Source: Octopus sinensis
Taxonomy: Eukaryota
Assembly: GCF_006345805.1 (NCBI RefSeq)
Contig: NC_043004.1
Span: 51,522,001-51,586,000 of the forward strand
DNA: 64,000 bases
Reading direction: 5' to 3'
A program made the position numbers and the translations under genes. This document shows, piece after piece, positions 11,556 through 24,017 of the stretch (the first letter of the stretch is position 1; every line of letters begins with the position of its first letter). Below the pieces are notes generated by a model. The model was not told where the DNA came from, searched no databases, and saw only the letters and a list, made by a program, of their open reading frames with translations.

Positions 11556-12412
11556 TGGCATGGACGTGCTGTCAGACGGACTTGTCTGAGGTGTGTGCAG
11601 AGTGACAAAACCATTCTGCATGCCCTCGTTCAGTGTCTGGGCATTACTGACTTGTGGGGTTATGTTGAACAGCTGCTGTCACATGTGGGACAGATCCATC
11701 AGTTGGCTGAGTCTGTAGTGATGATTGCACTGCAACCCTCCTTCAATTGGGCAGGCAAGACAGTTTCCTTTGCCTGGTGGCTGTGGCAAAAGATATTATT
11801 TGTTGGACAAGGCTGAAAGGCATGAGAACAGACACATTCCTCTTTGGTAGAGCTCTCATTGACTTTTTCAAGTTTCACTTGAAAAGGAAATTGAGAGTGG
11901 AGAGGGAAGTGCTGCCCATGAGTGAGTTTATTGAAAGGTGATTGAAAGGTGGGTGAAAGTTGCAAAAATGGCAAGAGTGAATGGTACCTTTCTAAGTGTA
12001 GACCTGTGAGTCAGGGAGAAGGAATTGGAGCGGGCACTTGCTCCTGGGGTTTCAGGAAATCTTGGACAGTAGGGTTCCTCAATTATCCCTAGAGGTGTTC
12101 CTGTATCAGGTGGGCCACATCTCTACCATCCTCCCCACCACTTATTTTACCTTTGTATACTATGCATATGTCCCTTCTTTCCCAGTATATGCAATACTCT
12201 TTTCTCTTTTACTCTTTTACTTGTTTCAGTCATTTGACTGCGGCCATGCTGGAGCACCGCCTTTAGTCGAGCAAATCGACCCCGGGACTTATTCTTTGTA
12301 AGCCCAGTACTTATTCTATTGGTCTCTTTTGCCGAACTGCTGAGTGACGGGGATGTAAACACACCAGCATCGGTTGTCAAGCAATGCTAAGGGGACAAAC
12401 ACAGACACACAA

Positions 12413-12452
<40 letters not shown>

Positions 12453-12710
12453 CACAGGCTTCTTTCAGTTTCCGTCTACCAAATCCACTCACAAGGCATT
12501 GGTCGGCCCGGGGCTATAGCAGAAGACACTTGCCCGAGATGCCACGCAGTGGGACTGAACCCGGAACCATGTGGCTGGTTAGCAAGCTACTTACCACACA
12601 GCCACTCCTGCGCCAATGTATACTTTTTTTATATAATTTCATTATTATATGTAAACCCCCACACTTTATTGTCCCCCTCATCCTCCACCCTTGTAGCAAA
12701 TAAATGAAAT
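11555..12710 (+). mobile_element. L1/Tx1-like LINE 3' fragment interrupted by a SINE
   Basis: Zinc knuckle CLRCVQSDKTILHALVQC, followed by FFKFHLKRKLRVERE; candidate 3' end with aataaa near 12700. Related to 36890-39990. Confidence 0.55.
12196..12614 (-). mobile_element. SINE family A
   Basis: Reverse complement of the family A consensus. Confidence 0.9.
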
Positions 12711-12899
12711 CATTATTATTATTGTTGTTGTTGTTATTATTATTATTGTTATTATCATTATTATTATTATTATGAAAGTTAATAGGGAAAATAGCTTTTG
12801 TGTGGAAGATGCACTAGAACAATAAACACTGAAAATTTACAAAACATAGACTTCATCATTGCCAGTGGAGTAAACTAGAGGTAGTAAATATTCTAGTAA

Positions 12900-13440
12900 A
12901 TAGCTTCCATTATCTAGGTGACCAAATTAGTAGCAGAAGTGGATGCTCCGAGAGCATAGCTGTGAGAATAAGAATAAGCTGGAACAAAGGGCATCTCCAT
13001 CAGAGGGAAAGGCAGATTGTTTGATGCTTGAGTGTGAACAGCCAAGCTACACGGCAGTGAAACATGGGCTGTGACAGCCGAGAACATGTGAAGGCTTGAA
13101 AGAAATGAAGCCAACATGCTTTACTGGATGTGCAGTGTCAGTGTGCATGCTCGACAGAGTGTGAACATCTTGAAAGAAAAGTTGGGCAAAAGAGGCATCA
13201 GATGTGGTGTACAAGAGAGATGACTGTGTTGGTATGATCATGTGATGCTTATGGACGAGGTCACCTTTGGCATTATGCAATGCTTGAAAAGAAGACCCAT
13301 CAAGACAAGTAAAATTGTAGTCATAGCAAATACTGGTGCCATGCAAATGGCACCCATACTGATGGCACGTAAAAGCACTCATTACACTCTCGGAGTGGTT
13401 GGTGTAAGGAAAAGCATCCAGCTGTAGAAACCATGCTAAA
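12900..13440 (+). mobile_element. Degenerate RTE LINE 3' fragment
   Basis: cacggcagtgaaacatgggctgtgacagccgag (HGSETWAVTAE) and a 3' UTR ggagtggttggtgtaaggaaaagcatccagctgtagaaa; homologous to 835-1700. Confidence 0.75.
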
Positions 13441-13448
13441 TTATTATT

Positions 13449-13537
<89 letters not shown>

Positions 13538-13540
<3 letters not shown>

Positions 13541-14203
13541 TAGTTTTATTTTTATAGCGTGCTTTCACTTCACTACCGAGCGCAGCTCTGTGTGCCTTGG
13601 GTATGTGTTGTGATTTGTTGAGATGCTCTGATGGTTATTGTATGGAAAGTGTTCTGCGTAGGATGTGTGCAGTGCCTAGTAGTGCAATTTTATGTATGTT
13701 ATATGTGTTTGTAAGTCCTGGTGTTTTTGTTATGTATTTGTCTGAATATTTTTTATCATGCCTAATGCACCTACTATGATAGGAATTGTTTCTGTTTTCA
13801 GATTCCACATTCTAGTTACCTCTATTTCCAGGTCTTTGTATTTTGAGAGTTTCTCCATTTCTTTTAGAGACACGTTGTCATCAGCCGGTATTGATACATC
13901 AATTAGAAAGCATTTTTTTCTTCATGGTCTCTGACAACTATATCTGGTCTGTTGGCCTTAATTTCTCTATCTGTGTGTATCGGCATATCCCAGAGTATGG
14001 TTGCTTTCTTGTTTTCTGTGACCTTTTCTGGTGTGTGCCTATACCATCTTTTTTCTGTTGTTATTCCATAATGTTGGCATAGCTTCCAATGTATGTAGGT
14101 TCCAACTTTGTCATGTCTGTGAATATATTCCTTCTTAGCCAGGACTGGGCAGCTAGAGATAATATGATTTATTGTTTCTTGTCCATCTCCACATATTCTG
14201 CAT
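13538..14203 (-). mobile_element. 5'-truncated Dong/R4 LINE within a (TAA)n tract
   Basis: CRICGDGQETINHIISSC zinc knuckle, RHDKVG, ILWDMPIHTDREIKANRPDIVV (RLE PD motif); flanked on both sides by (TAT)n. Confidence 0.9.
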
Positions 14204-14250
14204 AATATTATTATTATTATTATTGTTATTATTATTATTATTATTATTAA

Positions 14251-14295
<45 letters not shown>

Positions 14296-14304
14296 CATCA
14301 TCAT

Positions 14305-14337
<33 letters not shown>

Positions 14338-14570
14338 GTTGGTTGGCAAAATCCTTAGAGCCAAAATGCTTTATGGAATTTCTTCTGATACTTTACATCT
14401 TGAATTCAGAGCCTGCCAAGGTTAATTTTTTACTTTTTATCCTTGGGAGGATGGCAGGGGGTGGCTGGGGTTAGTGAACTAAAATACCAGTCTAAAACTG
14501 GGGTTTATTTAACCGTCTAACCTCATCCACTGAAATTACCTGGCTTCTGCCTATGTAAGAAACAACAACA

Positions 14571-14646
<76 letters not shown>

Positions 14647-14735
14647 CTACTACTGCTACAGCTACTACTGCTGCTACTGCTACTGCTACTACTACTACCA
14701 CCACCAGCATCACCACCACCACTACAACTACTACC

Positions 14736-14968
14736 TATTTCTTTACTACCCACAAGGGGCTAAACACAGAGAGGACAAACAAGGACAGACAAACGGATTA
14801 AGTTGATTATATGGACCCCAGTGCGTAACTGGTACTTATTTAATCGACCCAGAAAGGATGAAAGGCAAAGTCGACCTCGGCAGAATTTGAACTCAAAACG
14901 TAGCGGCAGACGAAATACCGCTGAGCATTTCGTCCGGCGTGCTAATGTTTCTGCCAGCTCGCCGCCTT
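14736..14968 (-). mobile_element. SINE family C
   Basis: Reverse complement of aaggcggcgagctggcag...gttcaaatt...gtcgactttgcctttcatcc...aagtaccag. Confidence 0.85.
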
Positions 14969-14969
14969 T

Positions 14970-15117
14970 GAAAGCAGAAGTCCGCCATTACCTTCTGCCA
15001 GAGCCGCGTGGAGCTTTGGTGTTTTGCTCATAAACACACACATCGCCCGGTCTGAGATTCGAACCCGCAATCCCTCGACCACGAGTCCGCTGCTCTAACC
15101 ACTAGGCCATGTGCCTA
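14970..15117 (-). mobile_element. Short SINE family B-related copy (head only)
   Basis: ggcacatggcctagtggttagagcagcggactcgtggtcgagg...ggttcgaatctcagaccgggcga on the minus strand. Confidence 0.65.
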
Positions 15118-15560
15118 CCACCACTACCACTACCTCCACCATCACCATCACTGCTGATACTGCCACCACCATCACATCACCATCACCACCACCACCACCA
15201 CTACTACTACTACTACCACCCCACCACTACTACCACCCCACCACCACCACTGATACTACAACTACCAAAACCATCACTGCTGCCATCACCACCACTAGCA
15301 CCACTACTACTACAACTACTACTACTACTACTACTACCCACCATACCATCACTACTACTACAACTACCACCATCATCACTGCCGCCACTGCCACCACCAC
15401 CACCTCTACTACTACTACATATGTGGTTTCCTTTGTTCTCTTTTCAGCCACTGCTCCAGTTCGCTCACAGGATATCTATTTACTCCCTGAATCAACAAGG
15501 AAATCTTCAACAAGTGGAGTAAGTAAAATGATTTTGTCTTTTTTACTTTTTTTAACCAAG

Positions 15561-15980
15561 GGCGCATGTGTGGCTGTGTGGTAAGTAGCTTGTTTACCAA
15601 CCACATGGTTCCGGATTCAGTCCCACTGCGTGGCATCTTGGGCAAGTGTCTTCTGCTATAGCCCCGGGCCGACCAATGCCTTGTGAGTGGATTTGGTAGA
15701 CGGAAACTGAAAGAAGCCTGTCGTATATATGTATATATGTATATATATTATGTGATTGTGTGTCTGTGTTTGTCCCCCTAGCATTGCTTGACAACCGATG
15801 CTGGTGTGTTTACGTCCCCGTAACTTAGCGGTTCGGCAAAAGAGACCGATAGAATAAGTACTGGGCTTACAAAGAATAAGTCCCGGGGTCGATTTGCTCG
15901 ATTAAAGGCAGTGCTCCAGCATGGCCACAGTCAAATGACTGAAACAAGTAAAAGAGTAAAAGAGTAAAGAGTAAAGAGTA
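15561..15980 (+). mobile_element. SINE family A
   Basis: Full head-to-tail match to family A. Confidence 0.9.
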
Positions 15981-16392
15981 ATTCTTGTGCTTATGTGGTA
16001 AGGGTTGCAGATAGTCTGTTGTCGTGTGAGACTGTGGAAGGGTGCAAAGATAAGGTGGAGTAGTATGTTAGGCAGGCATGGGTGACTGTTTTTGAGAAAT
16101 AGGTTGCATGAGACATGGCTTGTCATCAGCCATCGCCCTAGCTGGATCCTCAGGAGAGAGAACATGATATGCAGGATCCAATTTGGGGCTAATCGAGCCA
16201 CATCACCAACTAATCTAAGCTGACATTCTTGAATCATGTAAGTAACAGTAAACATCCTAATTTCTGAGCATAGTCATTAATTGGACACAAAATCCAACCA
16301 ACAGTGTTCCATGATCCTGTAAAGCCTCCTGGTACCAAAGGAATTTAAGCAGCTTCTAAGGGTCCTGGACAGTGTGCAGTTCTTGCAATTAT

Positions 16393-16605
16393 ATTACATC
16401 AACCACAGTACTCAACTAGTACTTAATTTATCAATTCCAAAAGGATGAGAGGCAAAGTATGCAACTGGTACTTAATTTATTGACCCCAAAAGGATGAAAG
16501 GCAAAGCTGACCTCAGCGGAATTTGAACTCAGAACTTAGTGATGGGCAAAATACCACTAAGCATTTTGCCTGGCATGCTAACAATTCTGCCAGCTTGCCA
16601 CCTTA

Positions 16606-16637
<32 letters not shown>

Positions 16638-16652
16638 ACTACTACTACTACT
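16393..16652 (-). repeat. Inverted, internally deleted duplicate of 17808-18425
   Basis: Shares private variants (cccatcactaagttctg, tttgcctctcatcc, tactagttgagtactgtgg) and the (TAG)n(CAG)n(TAG)n tract with the 17.8-18.4 kb segment. Confidence 0.8.
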
Positions 16653-16673
16653 GTAAGTTGCCAGGATTGATGT

Positions 16674-16892
16674 AAGGCGGCGAGCTGGCAGACAGTTTAG
16701 CATGCTGGGCGAAATGCTTAGCGGTATTTCATGTCTTTACGTTCTGAGTTCAAATTCTGCCGAGGTCGACTTTGCCTTTCATCCTTTTGGGGTCAATAAA
16801 TTAAATACCAGTTACACACTGGGGTCGGTGTAATCGACTTACTCCCTTCGTCTGTCCTTCGTTGTCCCCTCTATGTGGGCAATAAAGAAATA
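16674..16892 (+). mobile_element. SINE family C
   Basis: aaggcggcgagctggcag head through gtgggcaataaagaaata. Confidence 0.85.
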
Positions 16893-16957
16893 TGATTGAT
16901 GTAAGATCTAGTGTGCTAGTGTGGAGTGTAGTGAGGTAGTGGTTATATATATTGTGG

Positions 16958-17345
16958 TGGAGGCTCAATGGCCCAGTGGTTAGGGCAGCGGAGTTGCGGT
17001 CGTAGGATCGCGGTTTCGATTCCCAGATCGGGCGTTGTGAGTGTTTATTGAGCAAAAACACCTAAAGCTCCACGAGGCTCCGGCAGGGATGGTGGTGATC
17101 CCTGCTGTACTCTTTCACCACAACTTTCTTTCACTCTTACTTCCTGTTTCTGTTGTACCTGTATTTCAAAGGGCCACCCTTGTCACTCTCTGTGTCACGC
17201 TGAATATCCCCGAGAACTACGTTAAGGGTACACATGTCTGTGGAGTGCTCAGCCACTTACACGTTAATTTCACGAGCAGGCTGTTCCGTTGATCGGATCA
17301 ACCGGAACCCTCATTGTCGTAACCGACGGAGTGCTTCCATTCCAT
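16958..17345 (+). mobile_element. SINE family B
   Basis: Full family B consensus; atatatattgtg is repeated at both flanks (probable TSD). Confidence 0.9.
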
Positions 17346-17826
17346 ATATATTGTGTGGTGTTTAACCCTTTAGAATTTAAACTCACCATATCTGGCCCAA
17401 ATATTCTTCTTGATTCATGTTGAAACCAACCAGATCTGGCCTCTCATACCAAAGCTACAATGTCATTCTGAAAATAAACAATCACATTTTCCTGTGCTCA
17501 TCTCTAATCATTGCCTCAGTTATTCTCAAATCTCCCCAGCTTTCAACCTCTGTTTTAATTCCTCAATCACAACATTGATGCCCTTTCTCTTCATCCTATA
17601 CTTCCACTCTAGCTCAACATAATTCTCTCACTCAACTTCATGTCTTTTTCCGGTTTTTTTTTTCTGTTCCAGAATATTAATATGTTTTCTGGTCTCACTA
17701 ATAGACTGCATTATTCTCCTTTTCCACTAGGGTTCCTTCAGTTAATGTTGACATTTTCCTTTGGCTTTCAAACCTAACTTCCAGGCTATAAATATTATTA
17801 TTATTATTAGTAGTAGTAGTAGTAGT

Positions 17827-17894
<68 letters not shown>

Positions 17895-17896
<2 letters not shown>

Positions 17897-18109
17897 AGGT
17901 GGCAAGCTGGCAGAATTGTTAGCATGCCAGGCAAAATGCTTAGCGGTATTTTGCCCATCACTAAGTTCTGAGTTCAAATTCCGCTGAGGTCGACTTTGCC
18001 TTTCATCCTTTTGGGGTCAATAAATTAAGTACCAGTTGCATACTGAGGTCGATGTAATTGACTAGTCCCCTCCCTGCAAATTTGAGGCCTTGCGCTTCCA
18101 GCAGAAAGG

Positions 18110-18162
<53 letters not shown>

Positions 18163-18182
18163 TATTATTATTATTATTATTA

Positions 18183-18214
<32 letters not shown>

Positions 18215-19558
18215 TTATTATTATTATTATTATTACTATTAGTAGTAGTAGTAGTAGTAGTAAGGTGACAAGCTGGCAGTGTCGTTAGCATGATGAATGA
18301 AATGCTTAGCGGTATTTCACCTGTTGCTATGTTTTGAGTTCGAATTCCTCCAAGGTTGACTTTGCCTCTCATCCTTTTTGGGGTCGATAAATTAAGTACT
18401 AGTTGAGTACTGTGGTTGATGTAATCGACTAGTCTCCTCTCCCAAAATTTCAGGCCTTGGGCCTTCAGTAGAAAGGATTATTAAGGCCATGAGCAAGCAG
18501 AATAGTTAGCATGCCGGGCTAGTTCAAATTCCGTCAAGGTCGACTTTGCCTTTCATCCTTTCGGAGTTGAAAAAATTAAGTACCAGTGAAACACTGGGGT
18601 CGATGTAATCAACCAGACCCTCCCACCAAATTTCGGGCCTTGTGCCTTTAGTAGAAAGGATTATTATTATTATCATTATTAGTATTAGGCGCAGGAGTGG
18701 CTGTGTGGTAAGTAGCTTGCTTACCAACCACATGGTTCCGGGTTCAGTCTCACTGCATGGCATCTTGGGCAAGTGTCTACTGCTATAGCCTCGGGCCGAC
18801 CAATACCTTGTGAGTGGATTTGGTTGACGAAAACTGAAAGAAGCCTGTCGTATATATGTATATATATATGTGTGTGTATGTGTTTGTGTGTCTGTGTTTG
18901 TCTCCCTAGCATTGCTTGACAACCGATGCTGGTGTGTTTATGTCCCCGTCACTTAGCGGTTCGGCAAAAGAGACCGATAAAATAAGTACTGGGTTTACAA
19001 AAGAATAAGTCCTGGGGTTGATTTGCTCGACTAAAGGCGGTGCTCCAGCATGGCCACAGTCAAATGACTGAAACAAGTAAAAGATAAAAGAAAAAAAAAA
19101 GAGAAAAGTATTATTATTATTTAGGTGGGTGCTGGTAGAATGATTAACATCTTGGGTGAACTGCTTACTGGCTTTTCATGTCTTTACGTTCTGTGTTCAA
19201 ATTCCATTGAAGTTGACTTTGCCTCTCATCCTTTCGGAGTCAATAAAATTAAGTACCAGTGAAACACTGGGGTCAATGTAACCGACTAGTCCCTCACCCC
19301 CAAAATTTCAGGCCTTGTGCCTATAGTAGAAAGGATTATTATTATCATTATTATTAGAGCATCAAGCTGGCAGAATCATTAACATGCCAAGCAAAATGCA
19401 TATCAGTATTTCTTCCATCTTTATGTTCTGAGTTCAAATTCTGTTGGGATCGACTTTACCTTTCATCTTTTTGGGGTCGATAAATTAAGCACTAGTCAAG
19501 TGCTGGAGTCCCCTCTACTAACAAAATTTTAGGGCTTGTGCCTTTAGTAGGAAGGACT
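17895..19558 (+). mobile_element. Head-to-tail train of five SINE family C copies separated by (TAT/TAG)n
   Basis: Copies start at ~17895, 18262, 18484, 19120 and 19365; most end in agaaagga(tta)n. Confidence 0.8.
18688..19090 (+). mobile_element. SINE family A nested in the SINE-C train
   Basis: ggcgcaggagtggctgtgtggtaag ... tgaaacaagtaaaag. Confidence 0.9.
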
Positions 19559-19574
19559 ATTATTATTATTATTT

Positions 19575-21193
19575 TTTTTTCTTCTTTCAAATTTGCTTCC
19601 ATTTCTTGCCGAGTGTCTTCCCAACTCCTAGGGCAAAGAAACTCATAGTATACATTGGTAGGCCATTAAACCAAACTCAATAGTTCGTTCATTTAAAAAG
19701 TTAAGACAATCTTTTGCACTTCTTGCAGGGATGGTAAGCCAGGGATCATTCTCATATAATTTTCGGTTCCCTTCTTGATCATTCCTAGTGCTCCTACGAT
19801 CACTGGTATTGTAACCGCCTTCAGATGCCACATTTTCTCAATTTCAATGAGTAGGTCTTTATATTTTCTGAGCTTGTCAAACTCTTTCGCTGAGATATTA
19901 TGATCACAGGGGATGCTCATGTCGATCAATAAGCAAACTTTATTGTTTTGGTCTTTCACAACAATATCTGGTTTATTGGCCTTGATGGTTCGGTCTGTAT
20001 GTACTGGAAAGTCCCACAGAATGGTTACATTTTCTCCTTCAGTTACAGCCTCAGGGTGGTGATTATACCACTTGTCGGCAGTTTTGATATTGTAATGCCG
20101 ACTTATTAGCCAGTGTAGATATTGGCCAACTCTGTCATGTCTTAATTTATACTCCACTGGTGCTAAGACTTTACATCCAGAGATTAGGTGGTCCACTGTT
20201 TCAATCATGTCGTTGCAGAATCGGCATTTTGGGTCTGCTCCATTTTTCATCACATTGGCCTTTTAGTTACGGGTTAATAGGCTTTGATCTTGAGCAGCCA
20301 GGATGAAACCTTCGCTCTCTGCTTTTAGCCCTGAGCTCCGTAGCCACTGATGGGTTTGCTTCTGGTCAACATCAGCTTGTTTGCTGCGGGCCACATATTT
20401 GCCGTGCAGAGGTTTCTCCTCCCACCTATCAGCCAATTGCTCGTGTGCTTTTTTCGTTGCCATTATTTTTACCTTCTTTGCAACAATAGTTGCCATACTT
20501 CCCTCGGGTTGTTCAGTTTGGGTATCCTGCACGAGATCAATAGCAAATTTTTTGCTTTCCTTTATGATAGAATGAAGTTTCTTTCGTCTCTCGTGATTTT
20601 CCACGAGCTTTAGCATCCAGTCATTCGTTATTTCGAGATATTTGGCCAGTCCAATTGTGGTTGTTTTGTAAGCTAGTTCAAATTGGATCAGGCCTCGACC
20701 TCCTTGGACTCTGGGAAGGTAAAGGCGATCTACGTCTACCTTTGGGTGGTGCATCCTATTACAACTCAGCAGCTTGCGTATTTTCCTATCTATATGCTTT
20801 ACTTCACTCATATTCCAGTTCAACACATTGTAGCTATAAGTAACAACTGGAACTGCTAAGGAATTTATAGCTAACACCTTGTTACGTGCATTTAGTTCAG
20901 ATTTCAGGACTGCACGAACTCTCCTATAACATTCCTTCCTGATCTTCTCTTTCATGCTTGCATGCTGAATACCAGAGCCTTCATTTATCCCTAAATATCT
21001 GTATGTTTGTTCTTGCTCAAGCTCTCTTATGACTGTGTCAACATCTAACACGACTGAATTTGTGGTCTTCACTTTCCCTTTCTGGAAAGTGGCCTTGGCA
21101 CACTTCTCAAGTCCAAACTCCATCCCGATGTCATCGCTGAATGCTTTCACAGTGCGCAATAGGCCTTCAAGTTCATTATTGTCTTTTCCATAG

Positions 21194-21195
<2 letters not shown>
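19575..21195 (-). mobile_element. 5'-truncated Dong/R4-clade LINE (RT thumb, CCHC knuckle, restriction-like endonuclease)
   Basis: ORFs 20263-21195 and 19693-20253 are in one frame split by a single stop (LTRN*KAN). Motifs: GMEFGLEKC, YRYLGI, LYLPRVQGGRGL, ESEGFILAAQDQ, CRFCNDMIETVDHLISGC, RHDRVG, KPDIVV, IDMSIP. (TAT)n flanks both sides. Confidence 0.93.
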
Positions 21196-21229
<34 letters not shown>

Positions 21230-21240
21230 TTATTATTATT

Positions 21241-21326
<86 letters not shown>

Positions 21327-21339
21327 TATTATTATTATT

Positions 21340-21872
21340 GAGTGAGAGAGCAGTGCATGCCATCAAAGTGACACTGGGGTAAAATATACGAAGCCCAATA
21401 TACCCATCATGACTACCCGTCTGATAAAGGTACACCAGGCACATGCATCACAACCATATGTGCGCGACATGGTGATCTCATATCAAGATAAACAGCACAT
21501 GACCTTGCAGGTGGGGCCCAGTTAGAATTTTCTTCAGGTTGAGTAGCCCATCCCGCTCAAAAGGTCCCTGAATAAGGGTTGTTTAAGGATGTTGAAAGAA
21601 CCACCCATGTTTCCAGAGGTGAATTATTCAAACCCCAAATAATCCCTCTCAACACATGGCTATGATGCTCCCCCACTACTTCTGCTCGTGATCAGAGATG
21701 CACATATCGTCAGCCACTAAGGGACATGCTCAACTGGTTAAGGTCAAACAACTGACAAGCAAATCTGTGGTATTGAGCAGAATATTTGCTGTAGCCCATC
21801 TTTTATACCAAGACAAAACAATGTACATGATAACACTTCCAATCAGTTAAGATCAGAAGCCATGACAGCCAC
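21340..21872 (-). mobile_element. ~530 bp non-coding interspersed element bounded by (TAA)n
   Basis: Ends ...gcatgcactgctctctcactc(aat)n on the minus strand; a second near-identical partial copy lies at 35708-35950. Confidence 0.75.
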
Positions 21873-21884
21873 TATTGTTATTAT

Positions 21885-22096
21885 TAAGGTGGGAAGCTGG
21901 CAAAATCATTAACGTATCGAGCAAAATGCTTATCAGTATTTCATCTGTCTTTATGCTCTGAGTTCTAATTCCACTGAGGTTCACTTTCCCTTTCATCTTT
22001 TCAGGGTTGATAAAATAAGTACCAGTTGAACACTGGGGTTAATGTAATCAACATACCCGCTACCCCAAAATTGCTAGCCTTGTGCCAAAATGTGAA

Positions 22097-22136
<40 letters not shown>

Positions 22137-22360
22137 TATTATTATTGTCATTATTATTATCATTATTAAGACGGTGAGCTGGAAAAATCATTAGCATACT
22201 GGGCTACATTCTGAGTTCAAATTCTGCCAAGGTCGACTTTGCCTTTCATCCTTTTGGAGTTGATAAAATTAAGTACCAGTGAAACACTGGGGTCGATGTA
22301 ATCAACTTGTCACCTCCCTCCAAATTTCAGGCCTTGTGCCTTTATTAGAAAGGATTATTA
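21885..22360 (+). mobile_element. Two SINE family C copies separated by (TAT)n
   Basis: Heads at ~21885 and ~22170 with the gttcactt/gtcgacttt..gcctttcatc..aagtaccag core. Confidence 0.8.
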
Positions 22361-22364
22361 TTAC

Positions 22365-22412
<48 letters not shown>

Positions 22413-22697
22413 AATTCAACTTGTATGCAAGAAAATACAGTAGACTAGAAAGTGTGGGTAAGAGGATAGATCCCTGCAGTAATCAATTTGGAAAATCACA
22501 GGTTCTGAAAATGTTGTATCAGTAAATGTAGACTCAGTAACTTTTCTATGCCATCATTTTGATTTTTTTTCTCAAGATGGTGTTGAATCATCATCATTCA
22601 ATGTCTGCCTTTCATGGTAACATAAATGGATAATGGCAAATAGAGTTCAAACCTTTCCAGAAGTTGATGGCAACAAACTCTCACACACAGACACACA

Positions 22698-22736
<39 letters not shown>

Positions 22737-22829
22737 AGAGCACACAGGCGTCAGGCTTCTTTCAACTTCTGTCTATCTACCAAATGGCAACGTATTGGTT
22801 TCAAGTTTGGCACAAGGCCAGCAAGTTCA

Positions 22830-23190
22830 GTTACATCGACTCCCATTGCTCATCCGGTACTTATTTTATTGACCCCGAAAGGATGAAAAGTGAAGATGAC
22901 CTTGGAAGAATTTGAACTCAGAATGGATGAAATGACCCTAGCATTCTACCCAGCATGCTAACAATTCTTATTTCTTTATTGTCCACAAGGGGATAAACAT
23001 AGAGGGGACAAACAAGGATAGACAAAGGTATTAAGTCGATTACATCGACCCCAGTGCATAACTGGTACTTAATTTATCGACCCCGAATGGCAAAGTCGAC
23101 CTCGGAGGAATTTGAACTCAGAACATAACGGCAGATGAAATACTGGTAAGCATTTCGCCTGGCGTGCTAGCAATTCTGCCAGCTCACCAA
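22830..23190 (-). mobile_element. SINE family C (one partial, one full)
   Basis: ggtacttattttattgaccccgaaaggatgaaa and tatttctttattgtccacaagggg...ctgccagctcacc. Confidence 0.8.
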
Positions 23191-24017
23191 ATGGTAATAT
23201 ATTGATGGCTCAGTGTTGTAGTGACAATATGCCATAAATATCAATGTACAAGATGGAATATTTTGTTCATGCTGATGGGATATCATGTGTTTGTATAAGA
23301 AGAAACATTAAATTTGTTTCACCCACAAACTATACTTTTCTTACCACAAAAAGAATGGGGTTTCTTTTATGCAAGACTGCATCTTATACACCAACAAATT
23401 GGCACTGTAATGTAATAGAACTGTAGGGAACTGCCTAAGGATTGTAGACAAACTGTAGACAGGAACTTCCCTGAGGGTTAGCTAGTGAGCTGGTTGGCAA
23501 AGAAAGGACTTCTGGTTAGGCAGGAAAACGAGACAAAGACGTTAGATAGTCAAATGTATTTGCCCTCATAGTGAATGAAGCAAAAATAAATAATTCACCA
23601 ACACACTCTTGTTACTGGTTGTGGCACTGCCCAAGGACTGTAAATAAACTGTCGACAAGAACTTCAGAACAATGTATTGTGTACTTTGGTGACGACAGCA
23701 TTAGTGGTTGGTGTGCAGTGTTGCATACAACTCATTCTGTGGTGTATAACTTGAAATTCAGGATGTGTTGTGCATAGGGCATTGTGACAATCAGCACATG
23801 GTTGTATTTTCCTTGTTGCTATTTATATCTGAATAACAGTAGTGGATGCGTTATGGCATCACGTATAAGTTGCTGGTTGCAGTGTGATTGTCGGAGTGGT
23901 GTTTGTAGAAGTAGTCAGAACAAGTATTGTCCAGTTGACATTCCTTTTAAATTAAAGAACCCACATCTTATATTTCACAGGTTTGCTTGTTTGTTGAGAT
24001 CTATTGAGTTATTATTG

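Noticed and set aside
21196-21444. N-terminal extension of the 393 aa ORF 20263-21444
   Set aside because: The frame runs by chance through a (TAA)n tract into a separate non-coding element; only 20263-21195 is LINE coding sequence.
23405-23705. LTR-like block with aataaa followed by tttggtgacgac (PBS-like)
   Set aside because: No second LTR, no clear CA end and no internal coding remnant.
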